A stretch of 44,096 nt of DNA, from contig CAZJFE010000003.1 in the NCBI GenBank assembly GCA_964545345.1, positions 1 to 44,096 on the forward strand, read 5' to 3'. The stretch comes from an uncultured Candidatus Saccharibacteria bacterium (GTDB taxonomy: Bacteria; Patescibacteriota; Minisyncoccia; UBA6257; WO2-44-18). The notes under the pieces were generated by a model. That model was not told the origin of the DNA. It ran no database searches and worked only from the letters and a program-made list of their open reading frames with translations. A program made the position numbers and the translations under genes. Position 1 is the stretch's first letter. Each line of letters starts with the position of its first letter. Below are positions 27,068 through 36,516 of the stretch, one piece after another.

Positions 27068-28387
27068 ATGGAAAAGAAATTAAACATCCAGTACGTTCCG
27101 GTCGCCGATTTGCGGCCAGCACCGTACAATCCTCGAGTTCACACCAAGGAGCAGGCGGATCAGCTGAAAGAGAGCATTAAAAAATTCGGCGTTGTAGATC
27201 CAATTTTGGCTAACTCCGCCCCGAACCGGAAGAACATCGTAATTGGCGGTCATTTCCGGCTGGAGGTAGTTAAAGAAATGGGATTCAAAGAAGTGCCAGT
27301 CGTCTACATAAATGTTCCCGACATCGAAAAGGAAAAAGAAATTTGCATCAGACTAAATTTGAACACGGGCGAATTTGACTGGACTCTGCTTGCGGACTTC
27401 GATGAAATCTTTCTGAAAGACGTTGGCTTCTCCTCCGAAGATTTAGACGAAGTGTTTGGCGTGGACGACAATCCGGAAATCTTTGATCTCCAAAAGGAGT
27501 TAAAGAAACTCAACATAACCAAAATTCTTATTAAGAAGGGCGACGTTTGGAAATTGGGCGAGCATCGGCTTATGTGCGGAGACTCCACCATTGAATCTGA
27601 CATCTTGAAGCTGATGGGCGGCGAAAAGGCGTCGCTAGCGTTCACGGATCCCCCGTATATTTTGGATTATCTCAAAGGAAAGAAGAAAAATGGTAAGGCC
27701 ACTGAAGGGTTCGGGTACAAGCGTGATCGCAAATACTTGGAGACCGATTCAATTCCGGAGGACTTCACAGAAAAGTGGATGGCGAACATTGCCAAGATCG
27801 CCAAAGAGGATTTCCATATCATCGTATATGAAAACTGGAAAAATATCAGGACTATCTGGGGAGAGATGGAAAAGCATTGGAAGGTTCGCAATATGATTGT
27901 TTGGCATTTGCCAAACCGGATGCAGGGCTTCGCCGCGAAGTATAGGTTCTTCAATAAGCACGACATTGCCATGGTTGGATCTTCGGGCAAATCAGAACTC
28001 CGCCTGAATTCCGAGGGAGAGTTGTTGGATAACGAATACCGGACCGCGCTTTACGCCACCGCCGGGAAGCCGCACTGGGAGGGCTACGAGAAAGGAAAGA
28101 AAATCTGCCCGACTGATTTCATTGAGTATAAATCGGCAGACGCAAAAAGTTCCGGACAAGGAATTATTTTCGGAACCAAACCAGTCGAGATATTGATTCC
28201 GTATATGAAGGTTCTAACCAAGCGTGGAGATTTAGTAGTTGAGCCGTTCGGTGGTAGCGGATCAACTCTGATCACAGCTGAGAAAATGAAACGGCGTTGT
28301 TTCCTGATGGAAAAGTCGCCGGTCTACGCCGAAGTGATAAAGCATCGCTGGGAAAAGTTGACCGGCCTTAAAGCTAAAAAACTATGA
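27068..28387 (+). CDS. ParB-like N-terminal domain fused to an N6A/N4C DNA methyltransferase (phage type)
   Basis: LRPAPYNPR...IGGHFRL, HRLMCGDST, FTDPPY, TKPVE, EPFGGSGSTL. Confidence 0.92.
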   Translation: MEKKLNIQYVPVADLRPAPYNPRVHTKEQADQLKESIKKFGVVDPILANSAPNRKNIVIGGHFRLEVVKEMGFKEVPVVYINVPDIEKEKEICIRLNLNTGEFDWTLLADFDEIFLKDVGFSSEDLDEVFGVDDNPEIFDLQKELKKLNITKILIKKGDVWKLGEHRLMCGDSTIESDILKLMGGEKASLAFTDPPYILDYLKGKKKNGKATEGFGYKRDRKYLETDSIPEDFTEKWMANIAKIAKEDFHIIVYENWKNIRTIWGEMEKHWKVRNMIVWHLPNRMQGFAAKYRFFNKHDIAMVGSSGKSELRLNSEGELLDNEYRTALYATAGKPHWEGYEKGKKICPTDFIEYKSADAKSSGQGIIFGTKPVEILIPYMKVLTKRGDLVVEPFGGSGSTLITAEKMKRRCFLMEKSPVYAEVIKHRWEKLTGLKAKKL

Positions 28388-28803
28388 AGCGGGCAACTAA
28401 AACGTTGCTCCTAGAGCAGCTGAAGAAAACTCCAATAGTTCAGATTGCTTGTGAGAAAGCTGGCGTGGGCCGGGCAACATACTATCGCTGGCGTAAGGAA
28501 GATTTGGAATTCTCTAAGATGGCAGACGAAGCCATCTTAGAGGGCAGTTTTCTCGTTAATGACATGGCCGAAACCCAGCTTATGTCGGCAATTCGCGACA
28601 GGAATCTCACCGCCATAATCTTTTGGCTGAAACATCACCACTCTCAATACACTAACCGCCTGGAGATCAGCGGCCAGATTACTCATTTGCGCAAAGAACT
28701 CACCGAAGAAGAAAAGCAGATGGTCGAAAAAGCATTGCGATTGGCAATGCCGCAGGAAAATGAAGAACCGAATCAAAACAATGGAGAACCAACTACCCAA
28801 TAA
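28384..28803 (+). CDS. HTH protein, probable terminase small subunit
   Basis: ACEKAGVGRATYYRW HTH and AIIFWLK; directly upstream of terL. Confidence 0.75.
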   Translation: MKRATKTLLLEQLKKTPIVQIACEKAGVGRATYYRWRKEDLEFSKMADEAILEGSFLVNDMAETQLMSAIRDRNLTAIIFWLKHHHSQYTNRLEISGQITHLRKELTEEEKQMVEKALRLAMPQENEEPNQNNGEPTTQ

Positions 28804-30253
28804 ACCGGAAGAGATCATCCGAAGAATGATTGAGGATCCGAACTTCCGGCTAGAGCTGGTTCGGAACAGCCATTACTGGTTTATGCATTTTTATTTTCCT
28901 CATTATGTCACCTATCCGACCGCGGAGTTCCAGAAAGAAATATTCCAGCTTACGGAATCCCTAGATAGGACAGTGGTGATCACGGCTTTCCGTGGATCGG
29001 CAAAATCAACTATCTGCACCCTCTCGTATGCTATTTGGGCAATTCTCGGGAAGCAGGGAAAGAAGTTCGTAATCATGACTAGCCAAACTCAACGCCAAGC
29101 TCGTCAACATCTTATGAACCTGAAGCGTGAGTTGGAGAGTAACCCTTTCCTTTTGCGCGATTTAGGGCCATTTCATGAAGAACAAGATGAGTGGGGCGGC
29201 TATTCATTAGTTATTACGAAATACGGCGCAAGGATTACTGCCGCATCATCCGAGCAAAGCATTAGAGGATTGCGCCATATGAATTTCCGACCTGATTTAA
29301 TCATTGCCGACGATATCGAGGACCTACAATCAACGAGGACCAAAGAAGGGCGCGACAAGACTTACGATTGGCTATTGGGCGACGTAATCCCAGCTGGTGA
29401 TCAAAATACCAAGTTGATTATCGTAGGAAATCTTCTTCACGAGGATTCAGTAATGATGCGGCTGAAGTCGAGTATTGAGGAAGGGAAAATCGATGGAGTT
29501 TTCCGGGCGTACCCGATAATCGGTGAGGACAACAAAATACTTTGGCCGGGTAAATATCCAACGTTAGAAGCGGTAGAAAATGAAAAACGTAAAACCGGAA
29601 ACGAATCTGCTTGGAATCGGGAATACTTGTTACGGATCGTCAGCAATTCAGAACGAGTCGTTCATCCCGAATGGATTCAGCATTATAAAGAGCTGCCTGA
29701 TAAAGATCATCTGCGCTATACCGCAACAGGAGTTGATCTGGCTATATCGCTAAAAGAAACCGCTGACCGCACAGCAATGGTTTCGGCAAATATTTATGGC
29801 TATGGCGAGGATCTTAAAATCTACATCCTTCCCAATCCCATCAATGAGCGGCTGACATTTCCGCAGACGGTCGACCGGATAAAACTTTTGTCCAAGGTTC
29901 TTGGAGAGGGAGTGCAATCGCATATGTATATAGAAGAGGTTAGCTACCAGCGCTCGTTGATCGAACAACTTAACCGCGAGGGATACCACGCAGAAGGAGT
30001 TAAACTGCACGGCCAAGACAAACGCTCTCGGCTGGCTTTGACGACCGCCATGATTCAAAACGGTCAGATTGTTTTTCCCGAAAAAGGAGCCGAGGATTTA
30101 ATTCAACAGCTGACTGGTTTTGGGGTGGAAAGATTCGATGATCTTGCCGATGCCTTTTCCTTGTTAATACTAAAAACTACAACGGGAACTCATGTTGAGC
30201 CGAACATAACCTGGATAGATCTCGGGCCGCCGCGTGGGTGGCAAAGTTGGTAA
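28781..30253 (+). CDS. Phage terminase large subunit
   Basis: FRGSAKS Walker A, LIIADDIE Walker B, GVDLA and DDLADA nuclease motifs. Confidence 0.9.
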   Translation: MENQLPNKPEEIIRRMIEDPNFRLELVRNSHYWFMHFYFPHYVTYPTAEFQKEIFQLTESLDRTVVITAFRGSAKSTICTLSYAIWAILGKQGKKFVIMTSQTQRQARQHLMNLKRELESNPFLLRDLGPFHEEQDEWGGYSLVITKYGARITAASSEQSIRGLRHMNFRPDLIIADDIEDLQSTRTKEGRDKTYDWLLGDVIPAGDQNTKLIIVGNLLHEDSVMMRLKSSIEEGKIDGVFRAYPIIGEDNKILWPGKYPTLEAVENEKRKTGNESAWNREYLLRIVSNSERVVHPEWIQHYKELPDKDHLRYTATGVDLAISLKETADRTAMVSANIYGYGEDLKIYILPNPINERLTFPQTVDRIKLLSKVLGEGVQSHMYIEEVSYQRSLIEQLNREGYHAEGVKLHGQDKRSRLALTTAMIQNGQIVFPEKGAEDLIQQLTGFGVERFDDLADAFSLLILKTTTGTHVEPNITWIDLGPPRGWQSW

Positions 30254-30264
30254 AAGCTCCCAGC

Positions 30265-30810
30265 CTATTCAAATTTTATATTCAGGCTACCCTTCTTAAT
30301 TTTCTCCGGATCCGGAACCCCTTTCACTAGGCTAAGAACGAGCTTCCAAAGATATGGATTCTTTACCATAAAGAAAGAGCTTTTTGATTTTCCTTCAAAT
30401 GAAATTTCGAGTCCGTCGGTGTAGATTTCTATTGAGAGCATTTTATCTAAGTCTAATGATTTGTTTTCAATCATCCCGTCAAAGACGAGTCTTTTATTGG
30501 TTAGGATAAGAGCCCCGCTATCTATATCTCTAAGCTCGGGCAGACTTCTTGATTCACTCTGGCCACCACCGACGTATACTCCTTTGAACAATCGAACGCC
30601 CATCCCTCCGCCACTTCTCTTACTAACCATCCGGACTTCTTTTAGCGGCACTTTTTCTTCTGAGAAAAAAGCTTTTTCGTCTTTCTTCAATAAGATAGAT
30701 GTTTGCACTGGTCGGAGGCCGCCATTTTGTTCTGTGCTAGAAACAAAATCCTGCGCCTCCTTTATCTTTTCTTCCTTCTTATTGTTTTTAAATATTGAGA
30801 ATAAGCCCAT
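30265..30810 (-). CDS. Hypothetical protein (PH-like fold suspected)
   Basis: IDSGALILTNKRLVFDG motif; Gly-rich GMGVRLFKGVYVGGG. Confidence 0.7.
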   Translation of the reverse strand: MGLFSIFKNNKKEEKIKEAQDFVSSTEQNGGLRPVQTSILLKKDEKAFFSEEKVPLKEVRMVSKRSGGGMGVRLFKGVYVGGGQSESRSLPELRDIDSGALILTNKRLVFDGMIENKSLDLDKMLSIEIYTDGLEISFEGKSKSSFFMVKNPYLWKLVLSLVKGVPDPEKIKKGSLNIKFE

Positions 30811-30817
30811 TTTATTT

Positions 30818-31453
30818 TTAATTCGGCTTTACCCATTCATATGGAACCCATCCTGATCGACCAATTTTGTCTTGGTCAACTGGATTAACTCCTTGTACGA
30901 TCCTCACTCCCCGAGTTCCAACTCCAGAGTCAATCACTTTTATTCGCGTACCATTAGTAACTCCAAAGGCTTTTCCTTCAATAGCTAATTGCAATAAACC
31001 GACAGCATCTTTCGCGATGATAGTTTTAGTTAACTGATTTAAAGCCTCCGGCGTGGTTGCGAGGAATACAGTACCGCTCGGATCGTCGCTTGATCGCAAC
31101 ACGCCCTCACCGCCAATACTAACTACCGACTGTGTTTTTACGGACTGCTGCGGACTAGAAGAAATGGAACCGATAACGATGACAAGGATCATAAGAAAAA
31201 ATCCGCAGACAATGCTTGTGCCAATAATTAAAATTTTCTTTTTTTCTTTAATCTGACTTTCTATATTTTCACGAGCATCTTTGCTGGTTAGATCGGCGGT
31301 GCAATGTGAACATTTGGTGGCATTGGACGGAATTGTGTCCTTACAAAATGGACATTTAACCTTTATGCGTTCGAGGCGTGCTTCTTTGGCTGCTTTTTTT
31401 CGACCTTCCCTTGCGTCCCGCATTTTTTGATTTAAGTTCTTCAACCACTCCAT
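30818..31453 (-). CDS. Zinc-ribbon plus single-TM protein
   Basis: CPFC...CSHC, TM helix, SH3-like GWVPYEW ending. Confidence 0.75.
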   Translation of the reverse strand: MEWLKNLNQKMRDAREGRKKAAKEARLERIKVKCPFCKDTIPSNATKCSHCTADLTSKDARENIESQIKEKKKILIIGTSIVCGFFLMILVIVIGSISSSPQQSVKTQSVVSIGGEGVLRSSDDPSGTVFLATTPEALNQLTKTIIAKDAVGLLQLAIEGKAFGVTNGTRIKVIDSGVGTRGVRIVQGVNPVDQDKIGRSGWVPYEWVKPN

Positions 31454-31752
31454 ACTTTTTATTATTAATTTTTAATGTGCTGGCGAGAACATAAAACTCC
31501 CCGCCAGCGATCTCTTGCGAGACCCACATCCCTTTCGAGATGTGACTATCCCTAGTGCTCTGACGAGGAGTTTGATACTAGGGATAGATTCTTAGGCCAT
31601 ATCCTACGAGGATCGTAGGGGTTAGGTCTGCTTTATAGCTATTAAGTTGTAAATACATTTTAACTTACATACGGAACCTTGCGAAGTCCTTGCAACTACG
31701 GCCTGTACTGTTTTATAAACAGGCAGCTCAAGTTATTATTCTTATAAGAAAT

Positions 31753-32193
31753 ATGGACATGGATAACAAAAATGAACTTATAGCCGAAATTCAAAACAGG
31801 CTCAACCTTATTATGGTTGTAGTCGTTCTTTTCCCAACGCTAGTTTCTAGCTTATTCCAGCTCGCGAACGCACAAGCTCAGGCAAATAAAATGTTGCTTT
31901 CTTTGTCGGTTAACGCCGGGATTTATATATTCAGTTATTTTTTATTTGAGGCTAGAAAAAAGACAATGGGATTGGGATTTCTTAAAACAATTAATATTAT
32001 GTCGTTGATTGGCATAGGAACTTTTATATTTCCAATCTTGCTCATATCGACCAACCCAAATGGCCCATTAACATTTTGGAATGGATTATTTTTTACCGCA
32101 TCTCTATGGGGCATGCCCATCATCACTCTTGTCGTGTTTTGTATAATCCTAACGGCATTCATAACCTCTTTTCAGAATCATGACGGAAAATAA
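31753..32193 (+). CDS. Four-TM membrane protein
   Basis: Hydrophobic and AT-rich; overlaps the GNAT start. Confidence 0.65.
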   Translation: MDMDNKNELIAEIQNRLNLIMVVVVLFPTLVSSLFQLANAQAQANKMLLSLSVNAGIYIFSYFLFEARKKTMGLGFLKTINIMSLIGIGTFIFPILLISTNPNGPLTFWNGLFFTASLWGMPIITLVVFCIILTAFITSFQNHDGK

Positions 32194-32665
32194 ATTTGAA
32201 AATTCCGAAAGCGTGGAAATTGTTGAAGTTCCGACTTCGGACGAAGGAACGCTTGAGGCTGCGGCATTATTGATCACCGAGTATTCCTGGGGCAAAGATT
32301 ATCCGATAACTCCCCTAGATGAACTTCGGAAGAGTGAGTACTGTGTCGGGGCATACTCGGGAGATAAGTTAGTAGGATTCGCGGCGATTAACCGTTTTGC
32401 GAGCCCGGACGGCATAGACAGTGGCGAGCTTTGGTTGGGGTACGCAGTAGTTATTCCCGAATTCCGCGAACGGGGTATATACCAGAAACTATATTCCCAT
32501 CAAATGACGTACGCTGAAAAAGAATCGGGAAGGATTTTGTCCTGCACTAACAATCCAATTATTGCAAAATTTCTGTTGGGAAAAGGGTGGAAAGAGATTA
32601 GGAAAACAAAAGATGAGGGCGGCGAATACTGCTCAGTCTTTGAGTATATGAGACACTCGGCCTAA
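32180..32665 (+). CDS. GNAT family acetyltransferase
   Basis: LVGFA, VIPEFRERGIYQKL, FLLGKGW. Confidence 0.85.
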   Translation: MTENKFENSESVEIVEVPTSDEGTLEAAALLITEYSWGKDYPITPLDELRKSEYCVGAYSGDKLVGFAAINRFASPDGIDSGELWLGYAVVIPEFRERGIYQKLYSHQMTYAEKESGRILSCTNNPIIAKFLLGKGWKEIRKTKDEGGEYCSVFEYMRHSA

Positions 32666-32717
32666 ACCAACGCCACTCTGGACTTCATCGCGGGGTTGCG
32701 TCATCCATTGTCTTGCA

Positions 32718-34034
32718 ATGAAAGCAGCAACCCCAACGGGGCAGGCTTTGGATACTAAGCAGGTCCAGCCGCCAATCAAAATCAGATACTGCGTCTACGC
32801 TAGAAAAAGCACCGAATCCGAAGAACGGCAGGTGCTTTCCATTGATTCACAAACTAAAGAGATGCTTGAGCTCGCAGACAAAGAAGGCCTTGAGATCGTA
32901 GAGATCAAACGAGAATCGCACTCGGCTAAAGCTACCGGCCAGCGGCCGATCTTCAATGAACTTCTCAATGACATTCGCGCAGGGAAATTTAATGCCATTC
33001 TCACCTGGGCACCGGATCGCTTAAGCCGTAACGCCGGAGACTTAGGGGCGTTGGTAGATTTGATAGATCAGAAGCTGCTACTGGAAATCAGAACCTTCGG
33101 ACAAAAATTCACCAACTCACCGAATGAGAAGTTCCTTCTAATGATCTTGGGGTCGCAGGCCAAACTGGAAAACGACCAGAAAGGCGTGAACGTGAAGCGA
33201 GGACTAAGGTCGCGATGCGAGATGGGACTACGACCAGGAATCGCACCAACTGGATATATCAATGAAAAGCGAATGGACCGAAAGTGCCACGCCCTCGTTG
33301 ATCCAGAACGCGCTCCAGTGATAAAACAGATATTTGAAAAAGTGGCCAACGATAAGTGGAGCGGCAGAAGGGTCTATCACTGGTTGAGATACGAAATAAA
33401 CTTCTACACGAGAAGGAATAAGAACCTAACCTTAAGTAACATTTTTACTATTCTCCAAAACCCGTTTTATTACGGCGTCTTCGAGTATCCGGTAAAAAGC
33501 GACAATTGGTACACCGGTAAACATGAACCGCTTATTACCAAAGAATTATTCGATAAGGCCCGGGAACAGCTAAAGCGTGATCGCATCCAGCGAGAAAGCA
33601 AAGAATTCGCCTTCACTAAATTGATTACTTGCGGTCACTGCGGATCGGGCATAACAGCTGACGAAAAATTCAAACAACTAGCTGACGGAACCGTCGCCAG
33701 ATATGTCTACTACGGCTGCACCCGGAGCCGAGATCTGCATTGCAAGGGCGGATATATGAGAGAAGAAGATTTGATAGCTCAGCTTCTGTTGGTTATCGAT
33801 CAGATCGATATCAACGAGTTGGGAGTGCAGATTAAGTTTGAACAAGAGGTCGTGCGATATAACAAGTTCCGAAGAAACGTGCTCGGCGCGCAGGGAAAAT
33901 CTGAGGCCGAGGACATTAACTTAAAAACTTACGCCAAATATCTCCTCAGAGAAGGAAGCGTCATTGAGAAGCGCGAATTATTGTCCTCCTTCAAGAGCAA
34001 GCTAATTTTGAAGGACAAGCGGATCTCCCTCTAG
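32718..34034 (+). CDS. Large serine recombinase
   Basis: YARKS, DRLSRN, APTGY, HEPLIT, zinc ribbon CGHCG...YYGC...C. Confidence 0.95.
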   Translation: MKAATPTGQALDTKQVQPPIKIRYCVYARKSTESEERQVLSIDSQTKEMLELADKEGLEIVEIKRESHSAKATGQRPIFNELLNDIRAGKFNAILTWAPDRLSRNAGDLGALVDLIDQKLLLEIRTFGQKFTNSPNEKFLLMILGSQAKLENDQKGVNVKRGLRSRCEMGLRPGIAPTGYINEKRMDRKCHALVDPERAPVIKQIFEKVANDKWSGRRVYHWLRYEINFYTRRNKNLTLSNIFTILQNPFYYGVFEYPVKSDNWYTGKHEPLITKELFDKAREQLKRDRIQRESKEFAFTKLITCGHCGSGITADEKFKQLADGTVARYVYYGCTRSRDLHCKGGYMREEDLIAQLLLVIDQIDINELGVQIKFEQEVVRYNKFRRNVLGAQGKSEAEDINLKTYAKYLLREGSVIEKRELLSSFKSKLILKDKRISL

Positions 34035-35000
34035 CTCAACTTTTATTTTATTTGTATTCCCATGCCTCAACATTCCCAAATAGGACTGCCTTCGTGATTC
34101 GCTGGTATTATCTTTCATATTTCTGATCATTCTCCTCTTGGTGGCGCTTCGTAAAACCCGATGATCCGGAAAATGCACCCAGCCCAGAAAATCCACACCG
34201 GAGGCAATGGTCTTCAAGAAAATCTTGCTGGGGTGCAGATCTAGCTTCAAACGCTGCGTCAAAAACTCCCTCAACTTAGGGATTAGCTCTTCCAGCTCCC
34301 CTTTCTCTTGCGACAGAAAAACAAAGTCGTCAGCATAACGAGCGTAGTTTCTCACTTTCAATTTATGCTTCACGAACTGGTCAAACTCATTCATATAAAC
34401 GTTGGCGAATAACTGCGAGGTTAAATTTCCCAACGGCAACCCGATGCCGGGCGCGGAAGAAAAGCTCCCGATCACATTTCCCAACAACCATACGACTTTT
34501 TTGTCAGCTATATGCTCGTTCAGTAATTTCAACAATATTTCGTGGTCAATGCTAGCAAAAAATTTCCTAATATCGCACTTCAACACCCAGCAGGTCTTGG
34601 TGTGGTTCTTGCTAACCCGATAATTAACCGCCCTGAAACGATCCAGCGCCTTGTGCGTTCCCTTATTTGCCTGGCAAGAGAACGAATCAGCGATAAATCT
34701 CTTGGCAAAGTAAGGATAGAGGGCCAGGTGGATTGCGTGATGGAGTAACCGGTCGCGAACTCCCGCCTTGTGAATGATCCGAGGCTTCGGATCGGAGATA
34801 TTGAATCGATGATACCCGCCGTGTTTGTAGGTTCCGCTTGACAATTCCTGAAAAATCGCTAAAATATTAGCGAAGAACTTTGATTCGAAGGTCTGTACGT
34901 CTTTCTTGTTGGTCTTTCCTGGCAAAAACTGCCGCCATGCGGTTAGTAAACTTTCCACGGAGGTGATTTCTTGAAAACTATGGACGAATTGTTCAATCAT
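34002..35000 (-). CDS. DGR reverse transcriptase
   Basis: KPRII, RDRLLHHA, KCDIRKFFASIDH, GLPLGNLTSQLFAN, RYADDF, DFLG; adjacent TR/VR pair. Confidence 0.97.
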   Translation of the reverse strand: MIEQFVHSFQEITSVESLLTAWRQFLPGKTNKKDVQTFESKFFANILAIFQELSSGTYKHGGYHRFNISDPKPRIIHKAGVRDRLLHHAIHLALYPYFAKRFIADSFSCQANKGTHKALDRFRAVNYRVSKNHTKTCWVLKCDIRKFFASIDHEILLKLLNEHIADKKVVWLLGNVIGSFSSAPGIGLPLGNLTSQLFANVYMNEFDQFVKHKLKVRNYARYADDFVFLSQEKGELEELIPKLREFLTQRLKLDLHPSKIFLKTIASGVDFLGWVHFPDHRVLRSATKRRMIRNMKDNTSESRRQSYLGMLRHGNTNKIKVELEGDPLVLQN

Positions 35001-35354
35001 AAGTCAGTTAATATTACAGATCCGCCGATAGTTAGAAAAACTATCAGTTCTTATCGTATTCTCCACGAATTTCTAGATAAAATTCCTAAGACTTACCGCT
35101 ATACCCTCGGTTCGCGGATCGACAACACTTTCATCGCCTTTGGCGAAGAAATAGTTTCCGCCACCTATACAAAAGATCAGCAAAAAATAAGCCATCTAAA
35201 CCTAGCCAGCCAAAAACTGGACTCTTTGAATTTCCTATTAAGGATCAGCTGGGAGATACGGATCCTAGATACCAAGAAATATGCCGCCTTAGGCCAAGCA
35301 TTCGCCGAGATCGGCAGAATGCTTGGCGGTTGGCAGAAGCAAGTAATGAAGTAA
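34980..35354 (+). CDS. avd: Avd-like four-helix-bundle DGR accessory protein
   Basis: PKTYRYTLGSRI and EIGRMLGGW motifs; ~124 aa; ATG 34980. Confidence 0.9.
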   Translation: MDELFNHKSVNITDPPIVRKTISSYRILHEFLDKIPKTYRYTLGSRIDNTFIAFGEEIVSATYTKDQQKISHLNLASQKLDSLNFLLRISWEIRILDTKKYAALGQAFAEIGRMLGGWQKQVMK

Positions 35355-35359
35355 AGGGT

Positions 35360-35484
35360 TTGCGGACGGCGAGGAACCGGTAGTTCGCATTCCAGTCGTT
35401 GTCATACCAGTTCAGGTTCAGCTTGCGTTCGCTGTTGAAGTACAGGTACGGCACGTTGCGGTTACCGTTCGAGTCCCGCCAGGT
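35360..35484 (-). ncRNA. DGR template repeat (TR)
   Basis: Ungapped match to both VRs with differences almost only at TR adenines; 8 AAC and 1 AAT codons in the target frame. Confidence 0.96.
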
Positions 35485-35634
35485 ATGTGCAAAGCTCCTT
35501 CCGCGCCACCACCCCTCGAATACTCTTAGGGTTGAATCGAATTCTGTGTCTTGAACACAATAGCGCCTTGCACCAACTCCTAAACTTCATAATGACCGCT
35601 CGAAGCCGTAGCCGCGAGCTGTTTCGTCCCCTTT

Positions 35635-35640
35635 ATTATA
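35635..35640 (-). promoter_or_regulatory. Candidate -10 box for a TR(-RT) transcript
   Basis: Perfect TATAAT just past the target-1 terminator, ~150 nt upstream of TR; no clear -35. Confidence 0.45.
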
Positions 35641-35649
35641 CATTTTTTG

Positions 35650-35689
35650 AAAAAAGAAAAAGCCCCTGTTCTCTAAAGAGAACAGGGGC
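35650..35689 (-). terminator. Intrinsic terminator of DGR target 1
   Basis: GCCCCTGTTCTC-TTTA-GAGAACAGGGGC followed by TTTTTCTTTTTT. Confidence 0.85.
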
Positions 35690-35723
35690 GTAAGGACCAA
35701 GACCCAAGGGACTAAGGACCAGG

Positions 35724-35738
35724 CTCCGCTTCGCGGAG
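35724..35738 (-). other. GAA-loop hairpin immediately after the VR1 stop codon (candidate DGR homing hairpin)
   Basis: CTCCGC-GAA-GCGGAG. Confidence 0.65.
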
Positions 35739-36380
35739 TTAGGAGTTGCGGACGGCGAGGAACCGGCAGCCCGCATCCCAGCCGCCGTCATCCCAGCCCA
35801 GGTCCAGCCCGCGCTCGCCGCCGAAGCACAGGCACGGCACGTCGCGGCCACCGCCCGAGTCCCGCCATTCCTGTCCGAGAGCCACGACCCAGTCCTTGCC
35901 GTTCCAGTTCGCAGACATCCAGGTAAGGAGTTCGCGAAGGTTGGCAGGGCGGTAGCCTTCTTTCTTCATCTCGGCGACCATCTGATCGGAGGAAACGACC
36001 TTGTTGGGATAGAAGACCTTGAAGTCTGTCTTCACTCCGACGTCCGGGAAGTTCGCTTCGGTGATGTTCACGTTGACGTAGCCGAAGCTTCCAGACTGGA
36101 TCATCTTCTGCAGATCCTTGCCGCAGATCGCGCCGCCCTTCGGGTCCTCGATCCGAGCGAGCAGCTTGTCGATCGTGCCGCAGAGGCCTTCCGAGAACTT
36201 CTGAACTTCACTCTTGAAATCCACCAGAGCCGATTTCAGCTCCGGACTGGCCAGCCTCCCCTCCGCCACTTCCAGCTTCTTCTTGAGACCTTCGTTGATC
36301 TCCGTCAGGGCTGCGATCGTCGGCTGGGTCAGATCCTGGCTCACCTCAACGGATGCCTCGCTCTTTTCCGCGTCGGTCAT
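35739..36380 (-). CDS. DGR target protein 1 (helical N-terminus, C-terminal variable domain, CLec-like fold inferred)
   Basis: Ends in VR1 (...WDAGCRFLAVRNS); AAGGAG RBS before ATG 36380. Confidence 0.92.
   Translation of the reverse strand: MTDAEKSEASVEVSQDLTQPTIAALTEINEGLKKKLEVAEGRLASPELKSALVDFKSEVQKFSEGLCGTIDKLLARIEDPKGGAICGKDLQKMIQSGSFGYVNVNITEANFPDVGVKTDFKVFYPNKVVSSDQMVAEMKKEGYRPANLRELLTWMSANWNGKDWVVALGQEWRDSGGGRDVPCLCFGGERGLDLGWDDGGWDAGCRFLAVRNS
35746..35867 (-). repeat. DGR variable repeat VR1
   Basis: Versus TR: 23 A->G, 1 T->G, no gaps. Confidence 0.96.
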
Positions 36381-36425
36381 GGCTCTCTCCTTTGCTTGGG
36401 TTTTTGTTTGTACAGAACTGCTGTG

Positions 36426-36455
36426 AATATAGCACACTTTAGGCCTATTTGTCAA
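36426..36455 (-). promoter_or_regulatory. Sigma70-type promoter of target 1
   Basis: TTGACA-18-TATATT with TGn extension. Confidence 0.7.
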
Positions 36456-36481
36456 GCTAAAAACTTGCCGAATTCGGGAAC

Positions 36482-36516
36482 AAAAAATCCCCGCATTCTC
36501 GAAAGAATGCGGGGAT
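36482..36516 (-). terminator. Intrinsic terminator of DGR target 2
   Basis: ATCCCCGCATTCT-TTCG-AGAATGCGGGGAT followed by a T-tract. Confidence 0.85.

Noticed and set aside
34002-35000. RT as a group II intron, retron or CRISPR-associated RT
   Set aside because: Short RT with no maturase domain; the LGNLTSQ motif, Avd and TR/VR pair identify a DGR.
35245-35454. 69-aa ORF resembling the target C-termini
   Set aside because: It is the TR read in the target frame plus avd antisense sequence; no RBS seen. TRs are often open in this frame.
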